DNA of 64,000 nt from Candidatus Poribacteria bacterium (GCA_965197475.1 CBDANF010000002.1:1-64000), one strand, 5' to 3'; numbered from the stretch's first letter, positions 21,001 to 32,335 are shown. Translations and numbers: made by a program. Notes: generated by a model from the sequence alone, not told the origin.

Positions 21001-23052
21001 TTATTTTCGGATTACCATTTGTCGTATGGCTTTTGACTGACCAGCATTGAGAGCATAAAAATAGAGCCCACTTGCTACTAACTCTCCAGCAGAATTACGT
21101 CCATTCCAATACGCTGCTAGTTCCTTGGTGCGATAAGTGCCCGCGTTTTGGAATCCTATTTTGAGTTCTCTGATAGTTTCTCCCTTGAGATTATATATTT
21201 TGACGTCCACATTCGCATCCTGTGCTAAGTCGTAAGGTATCCACGTTTCCGGATTAAATGGATTCGGGAAGTTCGGTAGAAGGGTAGTTTTTTGTGGGAC
21301 TACGTTATTAAACAGTGCTTCTAAGTTGGCAATTCCGTGGCGAAAAACATCGGACCCATCATCTGCTTGATAGGCTTCGGTGAGCCATTCTGCGATACTG
21401 TCAAGATGGTTTGGGGAAACAGATAAAGGTGTTGACGGAGCTGAGGCGGTGCAGGATTCTCCAAAATGTGCAGCTATTAAAAGCAGATCAATTATATCAA
21501 CGTGTCCATCTTTATTCACATCTGCTTTCGGATATTCAAGTGTTTCTTTACCAAAACTGTTTGAGATGAGGATGAGGTCTTGCATGTCGACGATTCCGTC
21601 GTTATTTATATCCCAAGGTAGCGTATTTGGGACCGAAACTTGTGACGTAACCTCAGGTAATGCCGCTTTCCATCCAGCACGCAGTCGTTGGCTTAGATGT
21701 TCAACGAGTTCAGCATTCTCTGGAAGATCAACGATATTGATAGTTTCATCCGGGTCGGTATCATAATCGTAGAGTTCACGTCCTTTGCTCCCGCCGGTGT
21801 TCGACTCGGTATATCGATATCGTGCTGTACGAATAGAGTATCTCTTTGTGTAATTTCCTCGGCCGCCGGTTTGGCTAAAGACAGCCGTTTTCCACGGACG
21901 CGTCGGTTGTTCAATGACCGGCATTAAACTTAAACCTTCTAATTGTGAAGGTATTGGAAGTTGGCATGCGTCACACAACGTAGGATAAATGTCAACGAGT
22001 TCAACGAGAGCATCTGTTTGACCAAGCTGCTGTTCTGGAACACTGATAATCAAAGGTGAACGAAGGGCAACTTCAAAAAGCGTACTTTTGCCCCAGTTAT
22101 CATGCTCCCCTAAATGAAATCCATGGTCACTTGCAAAAACGATAACCGTGTTTTGAGAAATGCCAAGAGTATCCAGATGTTGAACGACACGTCCTACCTG
22201 CACATCCATGTAACTTGTTGATGCAGCATATCCTCGCATTAGTTCTAACGTTTTCTTTTCAGAAATCCGAGTGTTTCCATCGGGAATATCTGCATAGTCT
22301 CTTAAGTCATTCTGGGAAGGTGGTTTTATAGATGAAGCATCTTTGAAAGTTTCGATATCATATAAATCGTAATATTTTCGAGGCACGTTGTAAGGAAGAT
22401 GTGGTTTATGAAAACCGACAGCGAGAAAAAACTGCTGGTCTTTAACCTGCGTCAGAATTTCAATAGATGTGCATGCAATTCTGCCATCTAGTAGTTCATC
22501 ATCGGCAACATCAAGTACCTGCCAAGAAGGTATCGTTGCTCGATCAATTCTCAATTGCTGGGACCAAATTGGAGCACTCCAGGAGAGCGTATCATGCCAT
22601 TTGTCAGCGTGCGCAATTTTACCAACGGAACGCGTATGATAGCCCTGGATTTTGAAATGTTGTGGTAGTGTCACAACTTCTGGCAATGCCTCACGCCATC
22701 CCATGGCATTCCCATATACACCAGTCGTCTCTGGTCGCAAACCGGTCATCATTGAAACGCGAGATGGATTACAGAGTGGATATTGGCAATACGCCTGGTT
22801 GAAAAGCGTGCCTTGCTTAGCCAAGGCATCAATATTCGGTGTATGCATCTCGGAATGACCGTAGCACCCCAGCAAAGGGCGCAAATCATCAACAATAATA
22901 AACAACACATTGTATTGGCAATCAGCGTCTGCCCTGAGTTTGGGTAAAAGCCCTGTCGTGAAGGCGGCTGCGCCTGCTTTCAAACTTGTTGATAAGAAGT
23001 CCCGTCGGGTAAATGGTTGAGAGAATGCTTTCTGTTGGTTATCGTTTTTCAT
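21001..23052 (-). CDS. Tat-exported S1 sulfatase (iduronate-2-sulfatase-like) with dockerin-like and FlgD-Ig C-terminal module
   Basis: TRRDFL; NVLFIIVDDLRP; CNPSR; GFHKPHLP; SDHGFHLGEH; DINNDG/DVNKDG; NFPNPFNPETWIPY. Confidence 0.92.
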   Translation of the reverse strand: MKNDNQQKAFSQPFTRRDFLSTSLKAGAAAFTTGLLPKLRADADCQYNVLFIIVDDLRPLLGCYGHSEMHTPNIDALAKQGTLFNQAYCQYPLCNPSRVSMMTGLRPETTGVYGNAMGWREALPEVVTLPQHFKIQGYHTRSVGKIAHADKWHDTLSWSAPIWSQQLRIDRATIPSWQVLDVADDELLDGRIACTSIEILTQVKDQQFFLAVGFHKPHLPYNVPRKYYDLYDIETFKDASSIKPPSQNDLRDYADIPDGNTRISEKKTLELMRGYAASTSYMDVQVGRVVQHLDTLGISQNTVIVFASDHGFHLGEHDNWGKSTLFEVALRSPLIISVPEQQLGQTDALVELVDIYPTLCDACQLPIPSQLEGLSLMPVIEQPTRPWKTAVFSQTGGRGNYTKRYSIRTARYRYTESNTGGSKGRELYDYDTDPDETINIVDLPENAELVEHLSQRLRAGWKAALPEVTSQVSVPNTLPWDINNDGIVDMQDLILISNSFGKETLEYPKADVNKDGHVDIIDLLLIAAHFGESCTASAPSTPLSVSPNHLDSIAEWLTEAYQADDGSDVFRHGIANLEALFNNVVPQKTTLLPNFPNPFNPETWIPYDLAQDANVDVKIYNLKGETIRELKIGFQNAGTYRTKELAAYWNGRNSAGELVASGLYFYALNAGQSKAIRQMVIRK

Positions 23053-23064
23053 GAGTTCTTTTCC

Positions 23065-25083
23065 TTATTTCATAATTACCATTTGTCGTATGGTTTTTGA
23101 CTGACCAGCATTGAGGGAATAAAAATAGAGTCCACTTGCAACTAATTCTCCAGTAGAATTGCGTCCATCCCAAAATGCTGCCAGTTCTTTGCTCCGATAG
23201 CTGCCCGCGTTTTGAAAACCTATCTTGAGTTCTCTGATAGTTTCTCCCTTGAGATTATATATTTTGATGTCTACATTTGCATCTTGTGCCAAGTCGTAGG
23301 GTATCCACGTTTCTGGATTAAAAGGATTTGGGAAGTTCGGTAGAAGAGTAGTTTTTTGTGGGACTACGTTATTAAACAGTGCTTCTAAGTTGGCAATCCC
23401 GTGGCGAAAAACATCGGACCCATCATCTGCTTGGTAGGCTTCAGTGAGCCATTCTGCAATACTCTCAAAATGGTTTGGGGAAACAGATAAAGGTGTTGAT
23501 GGAGCTGAAGCGGTGCAGGATTCTCCAAGATGTGCAGCTATTATGAGCAAATCAATAATATCAATATTTCCATCTTTATTCACATCTGCTTTCGGATATT
23601 CAAGTGTTTCTTTACCAAAACTGTTTGAGACGAGGATTAGGTCTTGGATATTGACGATGCCATCGTTGTTTATATCCCAAAGGAGCGCATGTGGAATTGG
23701 TATATGTCCCTGAACATTAGACATTGCTTCTTTCCAACCGGCACGCAGCCGTTGGCGTAGATCTTCGACAAGTTCTGCATTTTCTGGGAGATCCACTACA
23801 TTAACGGTTTCATTCGGATCATCAAGATAGTCGTAAAGTTCACTGCCGAATTTACCTCTCCTCCCCCATTCTGTGTATCGGTATCTTTCGGTGCGCATTG
23901 AAGTGGATCCAGCTCCTGCGCGGGTTAGATAACTGAAAGCAGCACTTTTCAAAGGTTTGGTAGGTTCTTCTATTACAGGCATTAGACTTAATCCTTCTAA
24001 CTCGGAAGGAATTGGAAGTTCACATGCGTCGCACAAAGTAGGATAGATGTCTACCAATTCTACTAAGGAATTTGTTTGGCACGACTGTTGTCCTGGAACA
24101 CTGATAAGTAAAGGGGAACGAACACCAATCTCAAAAAGTGTATTTTTCCGCCAGGTCCCATGCTCACCAAGATGAAAACCGTGATCACCACAGAAAACAA
24201 TAACTGTGTTATTAGTCAACCCAAGTGTGTCCAATTGACGCAGGACACGACCGACTTGTGCATCCATATAACTTGTTGAAGCCACATAAGCGCGAATCAA
24301 TTCTAATGTTTTCTCCTCAGAAATTGGCTCGTCACCAGATGGAATATCCCGATAAAGTCTAAATAAATCTATCTTGTTGTGGGCATCAGGTGGTGAATTA
24401 AGTGGATAACTTGAAGTAGGGGGTAATATAAAGGGATTTGGATTGTATAATTCGAAATATTTTTGAGGAGCATGAAAGGGTAAATGAGGTTTGTCAAACC
24501 CAACTGTTAGGAAGAATTGTTGATCTTTAATATTTACTAAAAGTTCCTCAGTTTGTCTTGCAGTTTTACCATCACTTAATTCGTCATCTGAAACATCAAG
24601 GGCATTCCAAGATGGACCATAAGTAAAAGGGGCAGGATAGTGTCGCACTTTACCGACAGTATGTGTATTATAACCTTGTTCCATAAAGTGTTGGTACATA
24701 TCCACCGCGTCAGGTACTGTGTTTTTATAATCTGCGGAATTGTTGTGTACTCCTGTAGTCTCCGGACGCAACCCTGTAAGGATAGAAGCCCGAGAAGGAT
24801 TACAAAGTGGGTATTGGCAATAGGCACGATTGAAGAGTGTTCCACGTGCAGCTAAACTGTCAATGTTTGGGGTGTGCATCTCAGGAATGCCGTAGCAACC
24901 AAGCATAGGACGCAAATCATCCACAATCATGAACAATACATTATGCTTTCCTTCAGCTTTTGCATTTAGACGTGGTAACAAACTTGTTGTAAAGGCAGTC
25001 GCACCAACCTTGAGGCTCGTTGAAAGAAAGTCACGCCGAGTATAGGAACGTGGAATAACCTGATTTTCTATTGTTTTTTTCAC
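23065..25083 (-). CDS. Tat-exported S1 sulfatase with dockerin-like and FlgD-Ig module
   Basis: TRRDFL; CNPSR; KPHLPF; DHGFHLGEH; same C-terminal module. Confidence 0.92.
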   Translation of the reverse strand: MKKTIENQVIPRSYTRRDFLSTSLKVGATAFTTSLLPRLNAKAEGKHNVLFMIVDDLRPMLGCYGIPEMHTPNIDSLAARGTLFNRAYCQYPLCNPSRASILTGLRPETTGVHNNSADYKNTVPDAVDMYQHFMEQGYNTHTVGKVRHYPAPFTYGPSWNALDVSDDELSDGKTARQTEELLVNIKDQQFFLTVGFDKPHLPFHAPQKYFELYNPNPFILPPTSSYPLNSPPDAHNKIDLFRLYRDIPSGDEPISEEKTLELIRAYVASTSYMDAQVGRVLRQLDTLGLTNNTVIVFCGDHGFHLGEHGTWRKNTLFEIGVRSPLLISVPGQQSCQTNSLVELVDIYPTLCDACELPIPSELEGLSLMPVIEEPTKPLKSAAFSYLTRAGAGSTSMRTERYRYTEWGRRGKFGSELYDYLDDPNETVNVVDLPENAELVEDLRQRLRAGWKEAMSNVQGHIPIPHALLWDINNDGIVNIQDLILVSNSFGKETLEYPKADVNKDGNIDIIDLLIIAAHLGESCTASAPSTPLSVSPNHFESIAEWLTEAYQADDGSDVFRHGIANLEALFNNVVPQKTTLLPNFPNPFNPETWIPYDLAQDANVDIKIYNLKGETIRELKIGFQNAGSYRSKELAAFWDGRNSTGELVASGLYFYSLNAGQSKTIRQMVIMK

Positions 25084-25149
25084 TAAATTCTTATCCCTTC
25101 ACAGACTTTGAATTTTGCTAACAAGCTATCTTCAATGATTAATTTAACT

Positions 25150-27240
25150 CTATTTTACAATTACCATTCGGCGTGTTGCTATAAGAGGGTTATGAGATAA
25201 GGTGTTGTCTCTATATCGTGCTGTCAATGAGTAAAAATAGGTTCCACTGGCGACAAGTTCGCCAGTGGAATTGCGTCCATCCCAAAATACTGCACGTGAT
25301 TGTGTCCTATAACTACCGGCAGCTTGAAAACCAATACTAAGTTGTTTCACAGATTCACCTTTTAGATTGTAGATGTGAATATTGACATCAGCATCTTCAG
25401 CCAAATCGTAAGGTATCCATGTCTCTGGATTAAAGGGGTTTGGAAAGTTGGGGAGAAGCACGCTCTGTTTTGGTATAACTGAATTTATCAAGGTTTCTAA
25501 ATTTGCAATTCCCTTGCGAAAAATGGTAGAACCATCATCAACTAAACGGGCTTCAGAAATCCATTCTTCAATGTCGTCAACATACTGAAGCGGGAGTGTA
25601 CTTAAACTCGGTGCTGCATTGCGGGGTTCACCTATATGTGATACGACTAAAAGCAAATCGATAATATCGACGGTTCCATCTTTATTTATATCTATTTTCG
25701 GATTTTCAAGTACATCTGCCCCAAAACTGTTTGAAACCAAAAGAAGATCTTGAATATCAACAACACCATCACTGTTTACGTCCCACGTTAGCGTTTGAGC
25801 ATGAGGGACACGGGTTGGGATTTCAGGTAATGCTGCTTGCCAGCCAGCATGGAGGCGTTCGCTGAGGTTTGCAACCAGATCTGCATTTTCAGGAAAATTA
25901 GCGATGTTCTGTTCAGAATTCGTGTTAGTACCGTAATCATAAAGTTCTTTAAGTTCACCAGTTTCAGTGTATCTATATTGATCAGTTCTGATGGAGCGTG
26001 ATTGTTTGAACTGACTGAAAGCAGCTGTTTTCCACGCGAGTGTAGGTTCTTCAATGACCGGAACCATACTAAATCCTTCCAATTCATCCAAAATTGGAAT
26101 TTGACATGCATCGCAAAAAGTTGGAAAAATATCAACCAGTTCAACGAGGGCATCTGTAGTGGTTCCAATTGCACTTTGCCCGGGCATACTCACAATCAAT
26201 GGTGAATGTAACGTGGCTTCATATATAATGTTCTTTCCCCATGTACCGTTTTCGGAAAGGTGATATCCATGGTCACCACAAAAAGCAATAACTGTATTTT
26301 CTGTGAGTCCAAGTGCATCTAACTCATCTAATACACGTCCTATTTGCGCATCTGTGTAACTTGTTGCAGCAGCATAAGCGCGGATAAGTTCCAACATCTT
26401 TTCATACGTCAACGGTGTTGTCCCTGATGGAATATCTTCATAAGGTCTAACTTCATTCCAATGGGGTGGTATTATCTCTGCTGTGGATTCATCTAAAATG
26501 TCAGGTATACTGAAGGTTTCAATGTCATATAAATCGAAATACTTTTTTGGAGCGTTATAGGGTAAATGAGGTTTATAAAATCCAATAGTCAAAAAGAATT
26601 GTTTGTTTTTGATCTCATCCAACACTTCAACTGTTCGTTTTGCCGTTTCGCCATCTCTAAGATCATCATCTTCTGCCTCAAGTGCTTGCCAAGATGGAGT
26701 CGTCTCGTGATCAAAGGGTCTCCACCTCGGTCTCCATGATGGAACACTCCAAGAGTTTGCATCGTCCTGAAATTCTGGAAGATGGAATACTCTACCAACC
26801 GATTGTGTATGGTAGCCGTTTGTTTTGAAATGTTGAGGTAGCGTAACGGTATTAGGTGCAGTCTGACGAAAAAAGGCTCTATTATCTGTAACGCGGGTTG
26901 TATCTGGTCTGAGACCTGTTAACATTGAAGTGCGGGAAGGGCTGCAGAGAGGATATTGACAATAGGCACGGTTGAAGAGTGTTCCCCTTTGGGCAAGTCT
27001 ATCAATGTTAGGCGTATGCATTTCTGGATGACCATAGCAACCGAGCAGAGGACGTAAGTCATCAACCATGATAAATAGAACATTATACCTATCATCAGCG
27101 GAAGCGTTAAATGTCGGTAAAAGACCAGTAGTGAAAGCAGCAGCACCGGCTTTTAAACTCGTTGAGAGGAAATCACGTCGGGTAAAAGCGCGTTTTTGGG
27201 TAGGCTGTTCTTGAACGTGTGATATTAAATTTTGTTTCAT
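25150..27240 (-). CDS. Tat-exported S1 sulfatase with dockerin-like and FlgD-Ig module
   Basis: TRRDFL; CSPSR; GFYKPHLP; DHGYHL; same C-terminal module. Confidence 0.92.
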   Translation of the reverse strand: MKQNLISHVQEQPTQKRAFTRRDFLSTSLKAGAAAFTTGLLPTFNASADDRYNVLFIMVDDLRPLLGCYGHPEMHTPNIDRLAQRGTLFNRAYCQYPLCSPSRTSMLTGLRPDTTRVTDNRAFFRQTAPNTVTLPQHFKTNGYHTQSVGRVFHLPEFQDDANSWSVPSWRPRWRPFDHETTPSWQALEAEDDDLRDGETAKRTVEVLDEIKNKQFFLTIGFYKPHLPYNAPKKYFDLYDIETFSIPDILDESTAEIIPPHWNEVRPYEDIPSGTTPLTYEKMLELIRAYAAATSYTDAQIGRVLDELDALGLTENTVIAFCGDHGYHLSENGTWGKNIIYEATLHSPLIVSMPGQSAIGTTTDALVELVDIFPTFCDACQIPILDELEGFSMVPVIEEPTLAWKTAAFSQFKQSRSIRTDQYRYTETGELKELYDYGTNTNSEQNIANFPENADLVANLSERLHAGWQAALPEIPTRVPHAQTLTWDVNSDGVVDIQDLLLVSNSFGADVLENPKIDINKDGTVDIIDLLLVVSHIGEPRNAAPSLSTLPLQYVDDIEEWISEARLVDDGSTIFRKGIANLETLINSVIPKQSVLLPNFPNPFNPETWIPYDLAEDADVNIHIYNLKGESVKQLSIGFQAAGSYRTQSRAVFWDGRNSTGELVASGTYFYSLTARYRDNTLSHNPLIATRRMVIVK

Positions 27241-27303
27241 ATAGAATGATTCCTTATTAATGAGTAGAGTGTCTTTCCCGAACCTATTATTTGAATAGTC
27301 TAC

Positions 27304-28305
27304 CTAACTATTATACCCTAATCTTGCCATTGTGTCATAGAAAATAGGTGCGATCTTTGGGTGTAAATCAAACGGGACTCTCGGTGGCACCGGATGTAAG
27401 GTATGCCGCGCATAATCCAGAAAAGTTTTGTCTATCGGCAATTCACAGAAGTCACATAAAGGAGAGAGCGTTTCCTCAGGCTTTGTGGTCAACTCTTCAA
27501 AACGAACTGTGTAGGTACAGTCGGAGAAGTTTTGCCTTAGATTTAGACCTTCACGCATTGTCACAACCCATTCAATAACGGCTCTATCCAGATGCTGATC
27601 ACAATTTTTCACATCTTCGACGATGTCTTTCAAGTCAACGTCTGTGGCAACTAATTGCTCCACCAATAGCTGCCATTTACGGTTATTCACACCCCACCAA
27701 TCATGCGTTTCACCATTGACTTGAACGCCAAGTCGTTCGGACCAGGCAGCAATGGAATGGCATGTATCCCATCCATTTCGGACTAAAAAGATAAAACGTG
27801 CATCAGGAAAAAGGGCACGCACAAAATCTACTCTAAAAATAAGTTCAGGATATTTGTCTACAACGCGTTGTGAAAATGTGGTGCTTAAATAAGCACCGAA
27901 CAACCGTTCCGCGCGTAGACACATTTCACTGGTAACGTCTTCAGATGTCAGACGATACATCCCTTCATCCTTACTATAGCTACCGATGACATCTTCTTGT
28001 GGATGGATAAGGTGCCATATTGCCTTCGGTTCATTTAGATAACCGACATCTCGATGCATTGAGAGGACTGTACCAAGGATTGTCGTTCCGCTACGTCCCA
28101 TCCCTAAGATGAAAATAGGTTTTTTAACTGGTTTGAAACGTCTATTACTTGATGATACGCCTTTTAAAAAGGAAAAAACAAGTGGGTTTATCCAACGTCC
28201 CTTTGTGGTTGCAGGTCGTCCTTCAAAGAACGCATAACTAATAAGCCGAGTTAGTGCCTTTGTTGGTCGCGTTTTGATGTAGCGTGAATTAAGCTGGGCA
28301 ATCAT
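27304..28305 (-). CDS. Sulfotransferase (Sulfotransfer_3-like)
   Basis: PIFILGMGRSGTT 5'-PAPS loop; VDKYP; FLVRNG...S. Confidence 0.9.
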   Translation of the reverse strand: MIAQLNSRYIKTRPTKALTRLISYAFFEGRPATTKGRWINPLVFSFLKGVSSSNRRFKPVKKPIFILGMGRSGTTILGTVLSMHRDVGYLNEPKAIWHLIHPQEDVIGSYSKDEGMYRLTSEDVTSEMCLRAERLFGAYLSTTFSQRVVDKYPELIFRVDFVRALFPDARFIFLVRNGWDTCHSIAAWSERLGVQVNGETHDWWGVNNRKWQLLVEQLVATDVDLKDIVEDVKNCDQHLDRAVIEWVVTMREGLNLRQNFSDCTYTVRFEELTTKPEETLSPLCDFCELPIDKTFLDYARHTLHPVPPRVPFDLHPKIAPIFYDTMARLGYNS

Positions 28306-28341
28306 TTTTTAGAATGGAGATCGTCAGGATATGTTTATACC

Positions 28342-29367
28342 TTACAAACGTCTCCTTAAGGTTTCTCGGATATTCTTAATCCTGTCAAGGTTACAGAGAA
28401 ATGCTAACGCTAATTTTATCGGAAATGAGACTAAATTAACCAACAAACTGAAGATGTTAGGACGAATTAAAACCGGGATATAGTTGTGCTTTTTCATCAA
28501 GGTTCCATTTAGTCTTTGGCTAATGTATATTTCTGACGAATTAAGTTTACTTGCATTAACATCGCTTTTGTTCCAGTTCCCAGCGCGATTTGGATTTATG
28601 CCAAGGGCTTCAACGTTGTCTTCGTTAACAGACGAACCTACTTGTGGCACCTGAAGTAGGTCGGTTGAATAGTCCATATCTACAAATTTACAGATATTTT
28701 CAACAGTAGTTTCGGGGTTTGCAAGAAGTTGTTCAAAATAAACTGAAAGAACATTGTCATTATTAGAAAATCTATCTGCAGCAGAAACTGCTGTGTGCCA
28801 AATTCGACTGATCGTGATAGGATGATAGTTAATCCAATCTCGGAAACTTTCCTTGATGAGTAAATCTGTGCCGCCAAGAAACCGGCGTTTCCATTTTCGT
28901 TTTTGAGATAAAAGCACATCACGTGGGTCACGAATCATATTTATTATTTTAACTTGCGGATAGAATTTCAGAATTTCATCAATATAAAAAACATTGCGCG
29001 GTGTCTGGTCACAAGGAATAGTTTTATCTTTCAGCAATGCCTCATAACGCAAGAACGCAGAAAAAAGTTCTGCTGGTGCTATTGGGTAATCGGACAAAGT
29101 CTCACAGAATTTTCGCGCTTCTTCAAGAAAACTTTTTGAATTTCCTTGTTTTCGGTAACCTTCACGTTGAACACAGAACAGCTTAGATGCCAATTCTTCT
29201 GCTTCTGTTATATTTAACTCGGATGAAAACGCAGGTGACCATAATTGTCCAAAAAAGTGGAGTTCACCAAAAGTAAAAACGTCTGGGTGATTTCCCAAAA
29301 TACGCCCCATCATCGTTGTTCCACTTCGACTGTTACCGACGACAAAAAGCATTTTTTCTACATTCAC
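28342..29367 (-). CDS. Sulfotransferase (Sulfotransfer_3-like)
   Basis: FVVGNSRSGTT; DQTPRN; IRDPRDV..S. Confidence 0.9.
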   Translation of the reverse strand: MNVEKMLFVVGNSRSGTTMMGRILGNHPDVFTFGELHFFGQLWSPAFSSELNITEAEELASKLFCVQREGYRKQGNSKSFLEEARKFCETLSDYPIAPAELFSAFLRYEALLKDKTIPCDQTPRNVFYIDEILKFYPQVKIINMIRDPRDVLLSQKRKWKRRFLGGTDLLIKESFRDWINYHPITISRIWHTAVSAADRFSNNDNVLSVYFEQLLANPETTVENICKFVDMDYSTDLLQVPQVGSSVNEDNVEALGINPNRAGNWNKSDVNASKLNSSEIYISQRLNGTLMKKHNYIPVLIRPNIFSLLVNLVSFPIKLALAFLCNLDRIKNIRETLRRRL

Positions 29368-30989
29368 TTTCTGACCTCAAGCACGCCAAAACTGTTTTTT
29401 GGAATTGTTAGTTCTTTCGCATTTCCAATCCAATTTTGGATTTCTACCTCAATTTTTCCAGAACCTTCCATCTCAGCATTCCCACCGTTAGTTGCTGTAA
29501 GTTTTTCATTTGCTACATAACGATACGTGACTTCAGTTTTCATCCGTTTTTCATCAATAGAGAGTTGAGGAGTGAAATCATTACCTGTACGATTACTTAC
29601 AAAAATGAAGATGTTATCTGTGTTTCCGATGGCTTGAACTTGAATTCCCGGCATCTGCTTCCCTTGATAATCCAATCCCCCTTCAAACATTAGTGGATCT
29701 TGTAACGCAACCGCGAACTGCGTATCTGAGTTCTCAAACGCCTCTCCAATTAATAAAAAAGAAAAGTATACAGTGCGCCGAATTGTGTCGCCATAATCTG
29801 ATTCTGGCTCCCCGCCATATTTCCAAAAGGTCTTTGGTGATGGTGGCGTAATCCGTGAAAATACGGGAAACCCTTTACCAGGACCAGTAATCACATGAAA
29901 ATTCGCCTGTGTTATGTTCGGCATATTGAGCAATTTTAAAAAGAAATCGCCAGCATACATCGCATGGAGTTGGGTATTAGCGACTCGATTTGCTGGGTTG
30001 GCTATGTTCCACTCTGTCACCCACATCTCTTTATTTGGAAACAACTTATGATAATAATCCAATGCTTCTTCGATTCCATAGTGTATCCAACCGAAGAGGT
30101 AACCCCGCATCTCCTCTATTTCAACTTTTTTAACGGCTTTGTAGGCATAAATGTGAACGGTGTAAGCATCATACCAGTTGGTCGTTGAAGGAGTAGTACC
30201 CTCTGCAAGGTTTTCATCCCATTTACGTTGAGCCCATTTTATTAACCATCCCTCTTTGTGGAATGCTACAGGTGTCGCGCATACAGACACTTTTATGTCA
30301 GGATTAACCGCTTTCATCGCTAACGCATGTTCCTTGGCTACCTTCATATAGGTTGCAGCACTACGGAATTTGTTGGCGTAATGCGGCAAATAGTACTCGT
30401 TTCCAAGTTCCCAGTGACTAATGTCGTACCCCATCTCTTTTGAATAACGAACCCACGCTGCGCTCTCATCAGGACTACCGGTCCACAAGTTGACAACAAC
30501 AATTGGTGTTATGTTTAAGTTTTGGCAGAGACGCATAAATTCGTCAAAAGAGATTTTACCTTCGCGCCGCTTTTGAAGTTTGACGTAATTCCCTCTATTC
30601 CGTTTATTAAGTTGAAGACTGAGCGTTGTTGTCATTTCATCTTTAATAAAACCATCAGTTTTCCAATGATAGAAATTTCCCACTGTTCCACCAGGAAAGC
30701 GTAAAGTTTTCGGTTGAAGAGCTTTTGTTAAGGCAACAAAATCTGTGTCAAGGTAGCCGTAATCTCCACTCATCATGTTTGTATTGAAGCCGTAGAGTTC
30801 TTTTCTTAAGGGTGTTTTGGTTTGTGTGTCAATCGCTATGCGCACAGTTTCGGAAATTAGTTCTTTCTTTTCACATCCCCTAATTAATAGCATGGTCAGC
30901 ACACATACAACAAATATGCTGCAAAATAGGTAAAGTTTTGAGTGTTTAGATTTCCATATCTTATGCCATAGATGGAAAAATGATTTCAT
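29364..30989 (-). CDS. Membrane-anchored clan GH-A glycoside hydrolase (GH79/GH51-like)
   Basis: N-terminal TM; LRFPGGT; WELGNE acid/base; WVTEWN nucleophile. Confidence 0.8.
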   Translation of the reverse strand: MKSFFHLWHKIWKSKHSKLYLFCSIFVVCVLTMLLIRGCEKKELISETVRIAIDTQTKTPLRKELYGFNTNMMSGDYGYLDTDFVALTKALQPKTLRFPGGTVGNFYHWKTDGFIKDEMTTTLSLQLNKRNRGNYVKLQKRREGKISFDEFMRLCQNLNITPIVVVNLWTGSPDESAAWVRYSKEMGYDISHWELGNEYYLPHYANKFRSAATYMKVAKEHALAMKAVNPDIKVSVCATPVAFHKEGWLIKWAQRKWDENLAEGTTPSTTNWYDAYTVHIYAYKAVKKVEIEEMRGYLFGWIHYGIEEALDYYHKLFPNKEMWVTEWNIANPANRVANTQLHAMYAGDFFLKLLNMPNITQANFHVITGPGKGFPVFSRITPPSPKTFWKYGGEPESDYGDTIRRTVYFSFLLIGEAFENSDTQFAVALQDPLMFEGGLDYQGKQMPGIQVQAIGNTDNIFIFVSNRTGNDFTPQLSIDEKRMKTEVTYRYVANEKLTATNGGNAEMEGSGKIEVEIQNWIGNAKELTIPKNSFGVLEVRK

Positions 30990-32335
30990 AGCGTTATCCT
31001 TAACGGTTTATAGGTTTGAAGTGCTGTATCACTAACGAACATCAATCCGGCGCACATCCAAAAGTAAAAACCGTATCCTCGAAATTCAAGCGTCCTGTTG
31101 AAAAAGAGCAGAAACATGGTGACAACGACAAGACAAAGCATAACCATTGCCATCTCTTTTGTAAATCTGCTTACAGCCCGCTTGTAAAGTTTCAATGATG
31201 CAATAAAGAGACGATAAAATATAAGCATGAACAAACCTAATCCCAATACACCATAAAAACAGAGAATAGCAACCCAATACACATCCTTAAATCCCTTCTT
31301 ACTAAGAATTTTAAGCAGAAAAGAACGTTTGCTTTTGTTGAGTCTTTCAATCGTGGTGTTTTGGTCAGCACCGTACCCTAAAAATGGTTTGTTCGCAAGG
31401 ACTGTGGGAACATTCCCAATTAGAGCACCGAGACGCTGCTTTTGTGCGACCTTCACATAAGAACCCGAAAAAACACCTGTAACGTTACCCACAAGTCCAA
31501 CTTTGGCTTTACGGGGATTAACGTAATCCAATTCAAACGGATTCAGTATTGCTAACACAACGCTGAAAATCAATAAGCATATCAGAGATATACGGAGTGT
31601 TTTTTTCCATCCGTATTGAAAAAAGTACCACACAACACAAGCAAGCAGTGCAGAAAATGTTGCTGCCCGTGAATAGGAACGTGCAATAAACATCAATAGG
31701 ATTGCAATACCGAGTAGATTCAAGTACTCAAGCCGCTTGATACGCGATAAAAAGATGATGAGGATAACAATCATAAACACACCATAAATAACCGTATCGC
31801 CTAAGGTGCCATAGATACTGCCAATTTCCCTGCCGATTTCAAGTAACCTGAATTCTTTCGTAAACCCTGCCACCTCAAGTGTGGAAGCACGAGGTAAAAA
31901 GAAATCATAAAAGGTTGGACCGCCAAGCCACTGGATTATACCCACCCCGATCTGAATTATGCCGATACCTAAAATTATCCGCAAAAGGGTAGCAATCCGT
32001 TGTTTAGATAGGGGAGAATTCACAATAAGATAAAAAAGCACAATGTAACGGGCAAGTGGACGGATATTGTATAAACTTCCTATTAGAGGGGAACGGTTTA
32101 TCACCATTGAAAGAAAGACCACAATGTAAAAGCCTATCACAGGTAAATCAATGGGGGTTTTGACAAACGGAATACCCTTGTAAAGTTTGTGGAAAACAAG
32201 TTTTCCGAATGCTGCATAAATGAGAATTTCGCCTAAGAATCTTAAATAGGAGTAAACCGCATCGCTGACAGGTAAGAACTTCAGCACAAACTCTTCAAAT
32301 GCAAAGTATCCGGTGAGAAAATAAATTATTGCCAT
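30986..32335 (-). CDS. O-antigen ligase / Wzy polymerase family membrane protein
   Basis: About 11 hydrophobic helices; GTLG, SYSRAA, KPFLGYG, YGVLGL. Confidence 0.75.
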   Translation of the reverse strand: MAIIYFLTGYFAFEEFVLKFLPVSDAVYSYLRFLGEILIYAAFGKLVFHKLYKGIPFVKTPIDLPVIGFYIVVFLSMVINRSPLIGSLYNIRPLARYIVLFYLIVNSPLSKQRIATLLRIILGIGIIQIGVGIIQWLGGPTFYDFFLPRASTLEVAGFTKEFRLLEIGREIGSIYGTLGDTVIYGVFMIVILIIFLSRIKRLEYLNLLGIAILLMFIARSYSRAATFSALLACVVWYFFQYGWKKTLRISLICLLIFSVVLAILNPFELDYVNPRKAKVGLVGNVTGVFSGSYVKVAQKQRLGALIGNVPTVLANKPFLGYGADQNTTIERLNKSKRSFLLKILSKKGFKDVYWVAILCFYGVLGLGLFMLIFYRLFIASLKLYKRAVSRFTKEMAMVMLCLVVVTMFLLFFNRTLEFRGYGFYFWMCAGLMFVSDTALQTYKPLRITL

